64,000 nt of DNA from assembly GCA_016699595.1 (NCBI GenBank), contig CP064982.1, positions 139,647-203,646 on the forward strand, written 5' to 3'. The notes below the pieces were generated by a model, which saw only the letters and a program-made list of their open reading frames with translations, did no database searches and was not told the origin of the DNA. Below are positions 39,921 through 48,777 of the stretch, piece by piece. Position numbers and translations under genes: made by a program. The DNA is from a bacterium. GTDB lineage: Bacteria; Patescibacteriota; Dojkabacteria; GCA-016699595. How positions within the stretch are numbered: the stretch's first letter is position 1; the number at the start of each line of letters is the position of its first letter.

Positions 39921-41216
39921 GTGAATTTCATTCTACCTTTGCTTTCTGAGAAAAAATATATTTTTGGACTCTCTCCAATGGATGGAATTACGGATTGCGC
40001 ATATCGAGAAATGTGCAAGGCAGAAGGGGATGTGGATCTACTTTACACTGAATTTCAAAATGTCCATGGGCTTTCACTTGCAGTTCCTAAACTTTGGAAT
40101 GCGTTTCGTTACACAGAATTTCAAAGGCCAATTTTAGCTCAAATTTATGGTCATGAAATTGAGTACTTCTTTCCTGCTGCATTGCTTTGCTACATTTTAG
40201 GTTTTGATGGAGTGGATGTAAATATGGGTTGTCCAGCTAAAAAAATCTCAGATCGTGGAGCTGGAGCTGGTTTGATCCGAACTCCAGAAATTGCAAAACA
40301 AATCATTGCAGAAGTCAAAAGAGCAAGATCAAGCTTTCAAAATGACATTATTCCAATTATTTCTAAGCTTCATAGTTATGATGAATTACTTGAAAATTTA
40401 GAGATATTAAAATTAGCCGCTATCTCTGATTTAACTTACAGAAGAATAAATTCTACTTATTCAAATCCTGCACCTTTGCCTAGTATAAATTGGTCGAAGT
40501 TATTAAAGCTAGTTATAAAGTTGGCAATTAGTTGGGAAATTGATTTCAAAAAAGTTATTCAAAATTCTACAAACTTGACAGTTAGTGTGAAGACTAGAAT
40601 TGGTTATGATAAACCTGAAACTGAAACTTGGATTCCACAGATTCTCGAAGCAAAGCCAGATCTTATAGCACTTCATGGAAGAACTTTGAAACAACTTTAC
40701 GCAGGAAGTGCAAACTGGGAAGAAATTGCCAATGCAGTTGAACTATGTCAACAAGGAAACATACCACTACTTGCAAATGGAGACATAGGAACAGCAGAAT
40801 CTGCTAATAGTTGTGTGGAGGTTACAAAAGCTAATGGATTACTAATTGGAAGGGGAAGTTATGGAAAACCTGAAATATTTAGACAGATCAGAAATGCATT
40901 GAACTCTCCCTTCGCTTTGTGGGAAGTATCGACTTTAGCAGGGAGGCAAGATGAGGCAATTGACAAGTTTGAACAAATTATGAAACATTGTGAACTTTTT
41001 GATAACTTTAACCCGCTCTCCGCTTCGCAGAGTATTGACCCTGTTAGTGGGACAGGGAGTATTCAGACTAATTTTTTTTCAATGAGAAAGGTTCTTTGTT
41101 GGTATATAAAAGACATTCCGAATGCATCTGAACTTCGAAAGCAGTTAGTTTTGTGTAGTTCAAGTCAGGAGGTAAAGCAAGTGTTATATAACTCTAATGC
41201 AACAAAATACAAATAG
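39921..41216 (+). CDS. dus: tRNA-dihydrouridine synthase (Dus family) with an internal insertion
   Basis: 431 aa. …MDGITDCAYR…, the FMN-binding TIM-barrel motifs (…DVNMGCPAKK…, …KTRIGYD…, …LHGRT…) and a C-terminal helical domain. Confidence 0.8.
   Translation: MNFILPLLSEKKYIFGLSPMDGITDCAYREMCKAEGDVDLLYTEFQNVHGLSLAVPKLWNAFRYTEFQRPILAQIYGHEIEYFFPAALLCYILGFDGVDVNMGCPAKKISDRGAGAGLIRTPEIAKQIIAEVKRARSSFQNDIIPIISKLHSYDELLENLEILKLAAISDLTYRRINSTYSNPAPLPSINWSKLLKLVIKLAISWEIDFKKVIQNSTNLTVSVKTRIGYDKPETETWIPQILEAKPDLIALHGRTLKQLYAGSANWEEIANAVELCQQGNIPLLANGDIGTAESANSCVEVTKANGLLIGRGSYGKPEIFRQIRNALNSPFALWEVSTLAGRQDEAIDKFEQIMKHCELFDNFNPLSASQSIDPVSGTGSIQTNFFSMRKVLCWYIKDIPNASELRKQLVLCSSSQEVKQVLYNSNATKYK
41130..41186. 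repeat. Copy 1 of a ~56-bp direct repeat (last ~19 codons of dus)
   Basis: GAACTTCGAAAGCAGTTAGTTTTGTGTAGTTCAAGTCAGGAGGTAAAGCAAGTGTTA. A second copy with 2 mismatches lies 579 bp downstream. Confidence 0.85.
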
Positions 41217-41293
41217 GTTGACAGATTCTCACTAAATGTTATAATCATGATGATATTTTAAATAATCCTGCTCTAACTGTCGACATAAAATAT

Positions 41294-41710
41294 ATGAAAA
41301 GACTTAATCTAGTAGACACTGTTAGGTTCGGCGCATATGTTCTTCATGGTTGTGAAAAAGTTATACTAACTCATGCAGATGCTCAAATAATTTTGAAATC
41401 TGATCCTAGTGGAAATGGAGATACATTTGCCTTAGTTGAATTCTGTGGACATGGGAAGGCATTGGAGACACTATTTCTAGGGTTAGGAGGTCTAAAACTT
41501 GTTGCAGCTAAAGTGCCATCTAGCAATTTTTCGAGTTTTGAAGAAGGAAAAGCGTTAGCAACAGTTAGCCAAAATGAAAATCTACTAAAAGTATTTGGAG
41601 GTATAGGCATACCAATTAGTGATGAAGCGACAAAAGTACTGTTGAATTTTGCTGGCCAAATCCCCATTGCTAGAGAAGCTGAATTGAAAGAATTCATTGC
41701 AGGTCATTGA
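41294..41710 (+). CDS. Hypothetical protein (138 aa) bracketed by the dus-end direct repeats
   Basis: An intact ORF whose TGA stop (41708-41710) abuts the first base of repeat copy 2. No family was recognised. GC looks slightly above its neighbours. Confidence 0.45.
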   Translation: MKRLNLVDTVRFGAYVLHGCEKVILTHADAQIILKSDPSGNGDTFALVEFCGHGKALETLFLGLGGLKLVAAKVPSSNFSSFEEGKALATVSQNENLLKVFGGIGIPISDEATKVLLNFAGQIPIAREAELKEFIAGH

Positions 41711-41765
41711 ACTTCGAAAGCAGTTAGTTTTGTCTAGTTCAAGTCAGGAGGTAAAGCAAGTGCTA
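41709..41765. repeat. Copy 2 of the ~56-bp direct repeat (a remnant duplicate of the dus 3' end)
   Basis: GAACTTCGAAAGCAGTTAGTTTTGTCTAGTTCAAGTCAGGAGGTAAAGCAAGTGCTA. In the dus frame it would encode ELRKQLVLSSSSQEVKQVL…, but no dus body lies upstream of it. Confidence 0.85.
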
Positions 41766-41873
41766 CAGGGTTATAGGAATTTGTTATAAGTTACCAATAG
41801 TTGACATCTGCGATTTGAGTGCTATAATTATGTGACTTAAATTATCAACAACTCCCCAATCATTTTCGTTCAT

Positions 41874-42263
41874 ATGCATTCACAAAACTTTTTGCAGTTT
41901 TACCAAAACTTTCTAATGTTTAGTCATTATTTCAATGATGATGGTAAACTTGTATGCTATCAAATGAACCCAGATGGAAAGTCAGAAAAAGTAAAACTAC
42001 ATCTTCCAAAAGGTACATTGCTTTTCATAGAATATGACAAAAAGAAATTATCTAAATCTGTACCTATTCAAGTTGTTGATAGTAGTAATTGTGTCCTAAT
42101 CAATTTATTGCTTATAAATTTTAGAAGTAAAGTAATTGCAAAAGCTGAAAATGCTCGAATTGTGAAGCATCATTCAGAATTAGATGACTTAAAGAGAGAG
42201 TATACATTTAAATGGCAATATGTTTTCAGTTCTATCATTCCAAATCTATCAAACTTTCACTAG
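41874..42263 (+). CDS. Hypothetical protein (129 aa)
   Basis: ORF only. No motifs recognised. Confidence 0.35.
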   Translation: MHSQNFLQFYQNFLMFSHYFNDDGKLVCYQMNPDGKSEKVKLHLPKGTLLFIEYDKKKLSKSVPIQVVDSSNCVLINLLLINFRSKVIAKAENARIVKHHSELDDLKREYTFKWQYVFSSIIPNLSNFH

Positions 42264-42270
42264 ATACATA

Positions 42271-42840
42271 TTACTTAGTATAAAAGTATATCTTTGTTCC
42301 TCCGTATTGTCTCAGTTCAATAAACTTCAGATTTTCAATGCTTTGATTTAAACTTTTCTCTGATGGACATTCAGCAACTAATAACCCATTAACTTCCAAT
42401 AGCTTTCCAGCTAATCTAAGTATTTCGTCGTTTGTGTCTATATGTGGTGGACAAACGAATATCAAATTGTATACTTCTTTCTCATCATCTGTTTTGAGTT
42501 TATAATTTCTATGCAAAGTATCAAAACAAAATTCAAGTGCATCAGCTTTCTCTACCCAATACTTGGCCTTGTCAAATTTGCATTTCTCAGCATTATGCCA
42601 AATAGCTCGAACTCCTTCTTTTGTAATTTCAACAAACTTTGAGTACTTTGCTCCTCTACTCAAACATTCTAAACCAAGCGCTCCAGAACCTGCATATAGA
42701 TCAAGCACTCTTACATTCTCATTTATCAAAAAGTTTAACTGGTCAAAAACTGAAGTTTTGACCCTGTCCATCATAGGTCGTGCAGAACTAGGTACTTCTA
42801 GCATTGTGTTTTTGGCTGTTCCTGTTATTATCCTAAGCAT
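42271..42840 (-). CDS. rsmD: 16S rRNA (guanine966-N2)-methyltransferase RsmD-like
   Basis: 189 aa. SAM motif I (VLDLYAGSGALGLECLSRGA) and a (D/N)PP(Y/F)-equivalent CPPH motif. Size matches RsmD. Confidence 0.75.
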   Translation of the reverse strand: MLRIITGTAKNTMLEVPSSARPMMDRVKTSVFDQLNFLINENVRVLDLYAGSGALGLECLSRGAKYSKFVEITKEGVRAIWHNAEKCKFDKAKYWVEKADALEFCFDTLHRNYKLKTDDEKEVYNLIFVCPPHIDTNDEILRLAGKLLEVNGLLVAECPSEKSLNQSIENLKFIELRQYGGTKIYFYTK

Positions 42841-42886
42841 CTTTGTGATACTTCATCGTAAACTGTAAATAGATGAAACCAATAAG

Positions 42887-44758
42887 CTAGTATTTGGTTG
42901 ACATTATAGCACTAGAGAAAAATATAAGAATGCTTAATATCATAAGTATACTCAATAAATCTATCTTTTTTATGACGCTCTTGTGCTTAGTGTGATCATT
43001 TATACCTAGTATTGATATGCTACCAATCAGAAATGGATACATATATCGAAAATCTTGATTGGAATAGTAAGGATATTGCCATCTAAAGTAGATAACGCTT
43101 GCAAACAACAAAGCAGAAACCATCAGTATTGGAAGTAAATCTAGTATCAAATCTTTTTGTTGCATCAAATGATAAAATTGAATCAAGCCACAAACTATGA
43201 GTCCAAATGACAATAAATTTATAACTTTTGTCATGATACTTTTATTAAATTCGTTACTTATACCAAATTCGCCAAAAAGAGAGCTTTTGGGAATTGCTAC
43301 CCAAAAATTATTTCTTCCACAACAATCATCCCAAGTATGGAAAGTTGGGGTTGTAAGATACTCTTTCAAATCAAAGTAGACAAAGTACTTCATATCTTTT
43401 TGCATTTTAAAGTTCTCGTTACCAGGTTCATTCATATGAGTAAATTCTTTTCCATTGGTTGACAAAAATGTTGGACCAAAAGTTATAACTAAGGTAGAGA
43501 ATATAAATACTGAAATTAGTATCCAAGTTTTTTTCAGAAACTTAAAAATTGGTTTAAATGCAGTTTTCAAATCAAGATATTTGAGTAAATGCAAATGCGC
43601 AAAAAGATTGTACCTAATAGTCATAACAACAAGTATCGTTGGCATCATTACAATCCCAGTTACTTTCGAAGCAGCAGCTATAAACGATGCAATCATTGCA
43701 ATTCTCAAGTACTTTGATCTATCTTCTATATACCACCTATATAGGAAGTAAGTAGATATAGCAATAGTTGCATATACGATTGAGTCATTTCCTATTCTCA
43801 CAGAATGTAGAATGCCACTTGGCCATAAGGCAAACAGAAGACCGAGAATATAGGCATGTTTTGTTGAAGTATTGATTTTGTTAAATGCTAGCTCAAGAGT
43901 AGCAAGTCCAAACAATACAAACAAAGTAAAAAAGCCTAAGCTAAGTAATTGTAAAATCAAATTTTGTTCGTTGAAACCATTGATGCCTAGTAAACTGGAT
44001 AAATTATTTGCTTGTGCTGATATTAGGTAGTAGAGTGGTTGTTGATGACATTCCCAACAGGAGGTTGGAGTTGGGAAATCTCCTCTTTCTAAGATCTGGA
44101 TAAATTCTAGATGTCCGTGCACATCATGTGTTCTTGCATGCCAAGGCGTTATACTTAAATACCCAAGTCCTATTGCTATAAATAATGCAACAGCAAATCC
44201 ATAGTTTCTATCTTTGAAAATAAATAGAGATAAAAGGTAGGTAAATGATGAAGCAGACAAAACTAATAGAAAGAATAAAGCACTATACACAAAATCAGAC
44301 CTCGAATTCATCAAGTACAATGCGACTCCACCTTGCTTGTTTTTCACTGTAAATTCTACATTACTTACTCCAGATGGCAAATTGTCAGTAAAAAAAACAG
44401 GCATGTTTTCGTTTGAATAGCATAGTTGTTCTGTTCTGAAGTAATCAACCAAATTTACCTCTTCACCATTTAGTTTCATACTTTCTAGGCAGTCATCTAT
44501 ATACATGATCATGCTTTTTTGTCTAAGTCTTGGCACATGGAGTTTACCTTTGTATACGACTCGATTCGCTTCTGCAGTGTCATAACCAAGTGTGATCTCA
44601 TTGTTACTGTAAGTTTCATTAGTATCAAGATTTAGGATCTCTTCTTTTGCAAACGAAGTAGAAGTTTTTGCAAGTAGTATTGCAAATATGAAACTGAGGA
44701 TGCCAAAAAATACTAATAAAAACACTTGTGCAGTAGATCTAGTTTTGTATGAAGACAT
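42887..44758 (-). CDS. GT-C fold polytopic membrane glycosyltransferase (PMT/ArnT-like, COG1807-type)
   Basis: 623 aa, more than 10 TM helices, with the large loops typical of GT39/GT83-like enzymes. The assignment is by architecture. Confidence 0.45.
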   Translation of the reverse strand: MSSYKTRSTAQVFLLVFFGILSFIFAILLAKTSTSFAKEEILNLDTNETYSNNEITLGYDTAEANRVVYKGKLHVPRLRQKSMIMYIDDCLESMKLNGEEVNLVDYFRTEQLCYSNENMPVFFTDNLPSGVSNVEFTVKNKQGGVALYLMNSRSDFVYSALFFLLVLSASSFTYLLSLFIFKDRNYGFAVALFIAIGLGYLSITPWHARTHDVHGHLEFIQILERGDFPTPTSCWECHQQPLYYLISAQANNLSSLLGINGFNEQNLILQLLSLGFFTLFVLFGLATLELAFNKINTSTKHAYILGLLFALWPSGILHSVRIGNDSIVYATIAISTYFLYRWYIEDRSKYLRIAMIASFIAAASKVTGIVMMPTILVVMTIRYNLFAHLHLLKYLDLKTAFKPIFKFLKKTWILISVFIFSTLVITFGPTFLSTNGKEFTHMNEPGNENFKMQKDMKYFVYFDLKEYLTTPTFHTWDDCCGRNNFWVAIPKSSLFGEFGISNEFNKSIMTKVINLLSFGLIVCGLIQFYHLMQQKDLILDLLPILMVSALLFASVIYFRWQYPYYSNQDFRYMYPFLIGSISILGINDHTKHKSVIKKIDLLSILMILSILIFFSSAIMSTKY

Positions 44759-44770
44759 ATCTTTCTTAGT

Positions 44771-47700
44771 TTAATTTATATTTTTCCAACAATGTTCATA
44801 AAACTGGCACTTTTGACAAACCGACCTATTACTCGTTTTCCCAAACTCAACTTTTGTCAAAATTTCAGCTATGATACTTTTCAAAAAGTTAGTAAAGTTT
44901 GCAACTTCTTCACGAGAAAATTCAAACTCTATTCTATCACAACTTGGAATTAACTCATTCATGTCTTTTGGTTCGATAAAGTCAAATATGAAGGTTTTCA
45001 ATTCACTTTCAAATCTTTTGTCTGCATCGACAAGAAGTTTATAAAAGTACATCTGATTTTTCAGCTTCATATAGCTTCTTGTAGTGTCTGATTCAATTTG
45101 ATCAATTCTGCTTTCTAGGTTCGTTTTGAGTATTCCATCTTTACTTCTTGAGTGATGCTTGTTTCCGGTCTTGAAATCAACTAAAGCTAAATTATTTTCA
45201 TCTTCAAATAAAGCATCAGTTTTTCCAACTAAACTTATCCCATTTAATTCAAATTTACTCAGCCATAATTCAACAAATTTAGGTTTTTCAAATGATTTTG
45301 CATAACTATCATAGTAAATTTGCAAAATTTTTTGCCAATAACTTTTGTATTTTTCTAATTCTAATTTATTTACTTCACTGTTTTCCAATTCATCATTGAA
45401 AATTTCAACTAATTTATCATATCCTGGATTTGCGTTATTATTTATATAACTTTGAAACCAAAGTTCCATAGTTTTATGAAATACATTTCCAATATTAAAC
45501 CTTTCATGTTGAGGAATTTTGACTATATTTTCCAAAAAGAACTTATACTCACATTCAAGATAATTATTGTAACTAGTTGCCGATAAAGTTAGATTTTTCT
45601 TTCTTGAGTTTAACCATAGCAGATATTCTTCTTTGCTAAAAGTATTCTCACTTTTCAAACCCAGGTCATCCTTAGTAACAATATTTCTAGTCAAATTTAT
45701 TGCTGCAAGATTACCTTCAATCTTTTTGATTTCAATATCATCAATTCTTTCAAAAGCATTATAATTTTCTTTAACTTTCAGTTTATTTTCAATTTCAGTT
45801 ATAAAACTTATCTCATTTCTTGCTTTGTCATTTTCATCCAATTTACTTGAAATCAAAATCAAATTTTTCTTCGCTCTTGTCATTGCAACATAAAAAAGTC
45901 TTCTTTTTTCTTCAAGATTAGCGATTTCTTCCTCTTCCATAGTATTTAGATTGTCTCCAGTTTTTCCAAGTCTGATCTTCAGATCTTTCAAAGATTTATT
46001 CCAAGAACTTTCATCACAATGTAGCAAAAAAACTGTTTCGAACTCTAAACCTTTTGAACCATGTGCTGTAAGTAGTTTAACTGAGTTTTCGTTCAGATCT
46101 ATCTCTTCAGCTTTGAAGTAAAGATTTCTATCTTGCATTTCGGTCAAAATTGAAAGTAAATTGTCTGTTTTGAAAATATTACTTTTTGCTTCATCTTCAT
46201 TGTCAGAATCTTCAGTAACTTTTCCAAAGTTACTTTTTATCTTTTTGCATAAATCTATAAAACTATTAACTAAATTTAGTTTATAAATCGCATCGCTTGT
46301 CAGGTTATTAAAATCCTTACTATTACTCAAAAATTCAAAGTAAGTTTGATTTGTAAACTTGAAATTCAAAATATCAATCAAAAATTCAATTGCATCTTTA
46401 TTTTCAATTTCTTTATGAAGTTTGAGAAAGTTTTCTATCAGATTCAAAACTTGAGAGTCCAAATTATCTTTATCAAAAAGGCTGTTTTGAGATTCACTGG
46501 TTATATCATTCAAAGCGTCAATTAAACTAACTTCCCTATATTTTTTGTCGCTAAGTTTTGTGAATAAGTTGAAAACTTTTACTTGGTCAAAATTTAGATA
46601 GTTTAAATTTAATAATTCAAATAAATCCTGTTTGTCAGCTTGTAAAATATTCACACTAAACCTTACTAATTTTAAAAAGTTATTTATTTCTGCATTTTTT
46701 ATCAAATTTTCATCACTTTGAATCTTATACGGAATATTTCTTCTTCGAAGTAGTTCTATAAGATTTTGACTATGTTTGGTCTTTCTATAAATTACAGCAT
46801 ACTTTGAAAAGTCTGGTTTTGCTTGATCAAGCTCTTCAACCAATTTTGAAAGAATGAAATCTTCTTCGGCGTGAGATGAAGAAAAATTATAAAACTTTAC
46901 ATTAATTTTTTGCGTAACTCCGGAATTAGAATTTGTTGCAACAAAGTTTTTTTGAAATTTATTATCTAACTTATCTAAACTGTGAGTATTATTTTCGATC
47001 AAGGCTCTTGAAGTATCAATTATTTCTTGAATGCTTCGAAAGTTTTCATTCAGAATTATTACTTTAGCTTCAGCAAATTGATCTAGAAAGTCTTTGATAT
47101 TATCTACATTTGCACCTTGAAATCTGTATATTGATTGATCATCATCGCCAACTACAAAGATATTTCCATCCTGATTATCCAACCATGATTTAGCAAGTTT
47201 GAATGCAATTTCATTTTGAACTTTGTTTGTATCTTGATATTCATCGATAAGTAAATATTCAAAGTTTTCTTGGAGTGCTTGTCTTAGTTCAGATTCAGGC
47301 TCATTCAGTTTATTCAAAATTTCAATAATCACATCATCAAAGTCTATCAATTTTAATTCTTTCAATTTAGTATTATATTTTCCATAAATATCAGCAAATT
47401 CTACCAAGGTTGACAAGTTTCTGTTCAAGTTCAGCAAGGTTTCTTTGTTGATAACCAACTTATTTCCCACTTTTTCTTTTGCTTCATAAGTTACTTTTGC
47501 ACTATCATATTCTTTGCTTAAAAAGATAATTTCATCTTCAAGGCTTTTTTGAGTTATCAATTCTCTTTTGAAGTCGCTTATCATTCCCAAGATTTTTCCA
47601 GGACCTACTCCAAACTCAGAATCATTGAATCTTTGGTAATACTTTGATTTCAAAATCTCACTCAAAATTCTACTTTGAGTAAGTCCTAGTTCATCTATCA

Positions 47701-48055
47701 TTTCAAAGTTTTTCAATTCTGGAAATAATTCGTCGTACCTTGCAATCAAACTTGAGCAAAATCCATGAAAAGTTGTAATTGTAACTTTACTTGCATCATT
47801 TCCGATTAACTTCTTCAGCTTCTCTTTCATATTTGTAGCACCATTTTTGGTGAAAGTCAGGCAAAGAATTCTTTCTGGTTCTATGTCGTGAAGTAGCATA
47901 TTTGCAATTCGCAGAGTTAGTACAGTAGTTTTTCCAGATCCGGGACCTGCAAGAACCAAAACTGGACCATTTATAGTTTCAACTGCTTCTTTTTGGGATC
48001 CAGTTAGTTTGGAAAGTTGGGTTTGAAAGTTGTCGAGATATTGATTTGGATTCAC
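44771..48055 (-). CDS. UvrD/PcrA-like SF1 helicase fused to a C-terminal Cas4/AddB-type PD-(D/E)xK nuclease with an Fe-S cysteine cluster
   Basis: 1094 aa. The N-terminus has Walker A (AGPGSGKTTVLT) and SF1 motifs (…LLIDEYQDTN…, …VVGDDDQSIYRFQGA…, …LLTAHGSKGLEFETVFLL…, …YVAMTRAK…). The C-terminal ~250 aa carry a lone Cys (YLECEYKFF), …GKTDALFED…LVDFKTG… (D…D/ExK), QMYFYKLL (QxxxY) and a terminal CQKCQFYEHC. Together these give the C…CxxCx5C pattern of Cas4/AddB. Confidence 0.8.
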   Translation of the reverse strand: MNPNQYLDNFQTQLSKLTGSQKEAVETINGPVLVLAGPGSGKTTVLTLRIANMLLHDIEPERILCLTFTKNGATNMKEKLKKLIGNDASKVTITTFHGFCSSLIARYDELFPELKNFEMIDELGLTQSRILSEILKSKYYQRFNDSEFGVGPGKILGMISDFKRELITQKSLEDEIIFLSKEYDSAKVTYEAKEKVGNKLVINKETLLNLNRNLSTLVEFADIYGKYNTKLKELKLIDFDDVIIEILNKLNEPESELRQALQENFEYLLIDEYQDTNKVQNEIAFKLAKSWLDNQDGNIFVVGDDDQSIYRFQGANVDNIKDFLDQFAEAKVIILNENFRSIQEIIDTSRALIENNTHSLDKLDNKFQKNFVATNSNSGVTQKINVKFYNFSSSHAEEDFILSKLVEELDQAKPDFSKYAVIYRKTKHSQNLIELLRRRNIPYKIQSDENLIKNAEINNFLKLVRFSVNILQADKQDLFELLNLNYLNFDQVKVFNLFTKLSDKKYREVSLIDALNDITSESQNSLFDKDNLDSQVLNLIENFLKLHKEIENKDAIEFLIDILNFKFTNQTYFEFLSNSKDFNNLTSDAIYKLNLVNSFIDLCKKIKSNFGKVTEDSDNEDEAKSNIFKTDNLLSILTEMQDRNLYFKAEEIDLNENSVKLLTAHGSKGLEFETVFLLHCDESSWNKSLKDLKIRLGKTGDNLNTMEEEEIANLEEKRRLFYVAMTRAKKNLILISSKLDENDKARNEISFITEIENKLKVKENYNAFERIDDIEIKKIEGNLAAINLTRNIVTKDDLGLKSENTFSKEEYLLWLNSRKKNLTLSATSYNNYLECEYKFFLENIVKIPQHERFNIGNVFHKTMELWFQSYINNNANPGYDKLVEIFNDELENSEVNKLELEKYKSYWQKILQIYYDSYAKSFEKPKFVELWLSKFELNGISLVGKTDALFEDENNLALVDFKTGNKHHSRSKDGILKTNLESRIDQIESDTTRSYMKLKNQMYFYKLLVDADKRFESELKTFIFDFIEPKDMNELIPSCDRIEFEFSREEVANFTNFLKSIIAEILTKVEFGKTSNRSVCQKCQFYEHCWKNIN

Positions 48056-48175
48056 GAAAAAAGTATCGCAAGAAACTGTAGACTTTACAAGGTGAACTAG
48101 TTGTGATACAATAGTATCACATACTTGTTTAAATATTGGTGTTTTCTAGTTAGTTAGAAAGCATGAAAAATTCAA

Positions 48176-48766
48176 ATGACAGAAAGTAAAGGTCCATTGG
48201 CAGAACTTTTTGCTGAGAATCAGTGGAAAATTAAAAAATCTCAGGCTGATTTTTATTTCAGTAGATATAATCCGCTTCTAGAAACATTAACAAAAGTATT
48301 AAGGGGTGAATTAATGGAGGCAGATAGAAACATTACATCAGCTTTTGTGTTCGTTCAGTTTTATGAACTCTGCCGTCATGGCAAAGATGTAGAATTAGGT
48401 AAGTTTATTGAGCAAATTATGATACATAATCAAGCAATGCACTTTGAGGTTAAAAGAGTACTTTTGCAAAAAATGAGCGCAGTATTAGAGGAAGGGTTAG
48501 GCTTTGTATTGCCGGATATATTCAAGAGCTCAAAACTTAAACCGATGGAGATTCTCGATTCTTTGGGTTTAGCGGAATCAATATTTACAAATATACAACT
48601 AAGTTTTAATCTAAATAAAGCACTGCTTCCTTTTGTTGGTAGACTAATTCCTATGAATGATGGGTATTGCTTGATTGAGACAGAGACGGAATATCCTAAT
48701 GATGGCATTCCTGAACCAACATTGGGGGAAATCCAAATGCCAGGTACCTACTTTAGTAAAAACTGA
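48176..48766 (+). CDS. Hypothetical protein (196 aa)
   Basis: ORF only. Confidence 0.35.
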   Translation: MTESKGPLAELFAENQWKIKKSQADFYFSRYNPLLETLTKVLRGELMEADRNITSAFVFVQFYELCRHGKDVELGKFIEQIMIHNQAMHFEVKRVLLQKMSAVLEEGLGFVLPDIFKSSKLKPMEILDSLGLAESIFTNIQLSFNLNKALLPFVGRLIPMNDGYCLIETETEYPNDGIPEPTLGEIQMPGTYFSKN

Positions 48767-48777
48767 TATTACTATTC

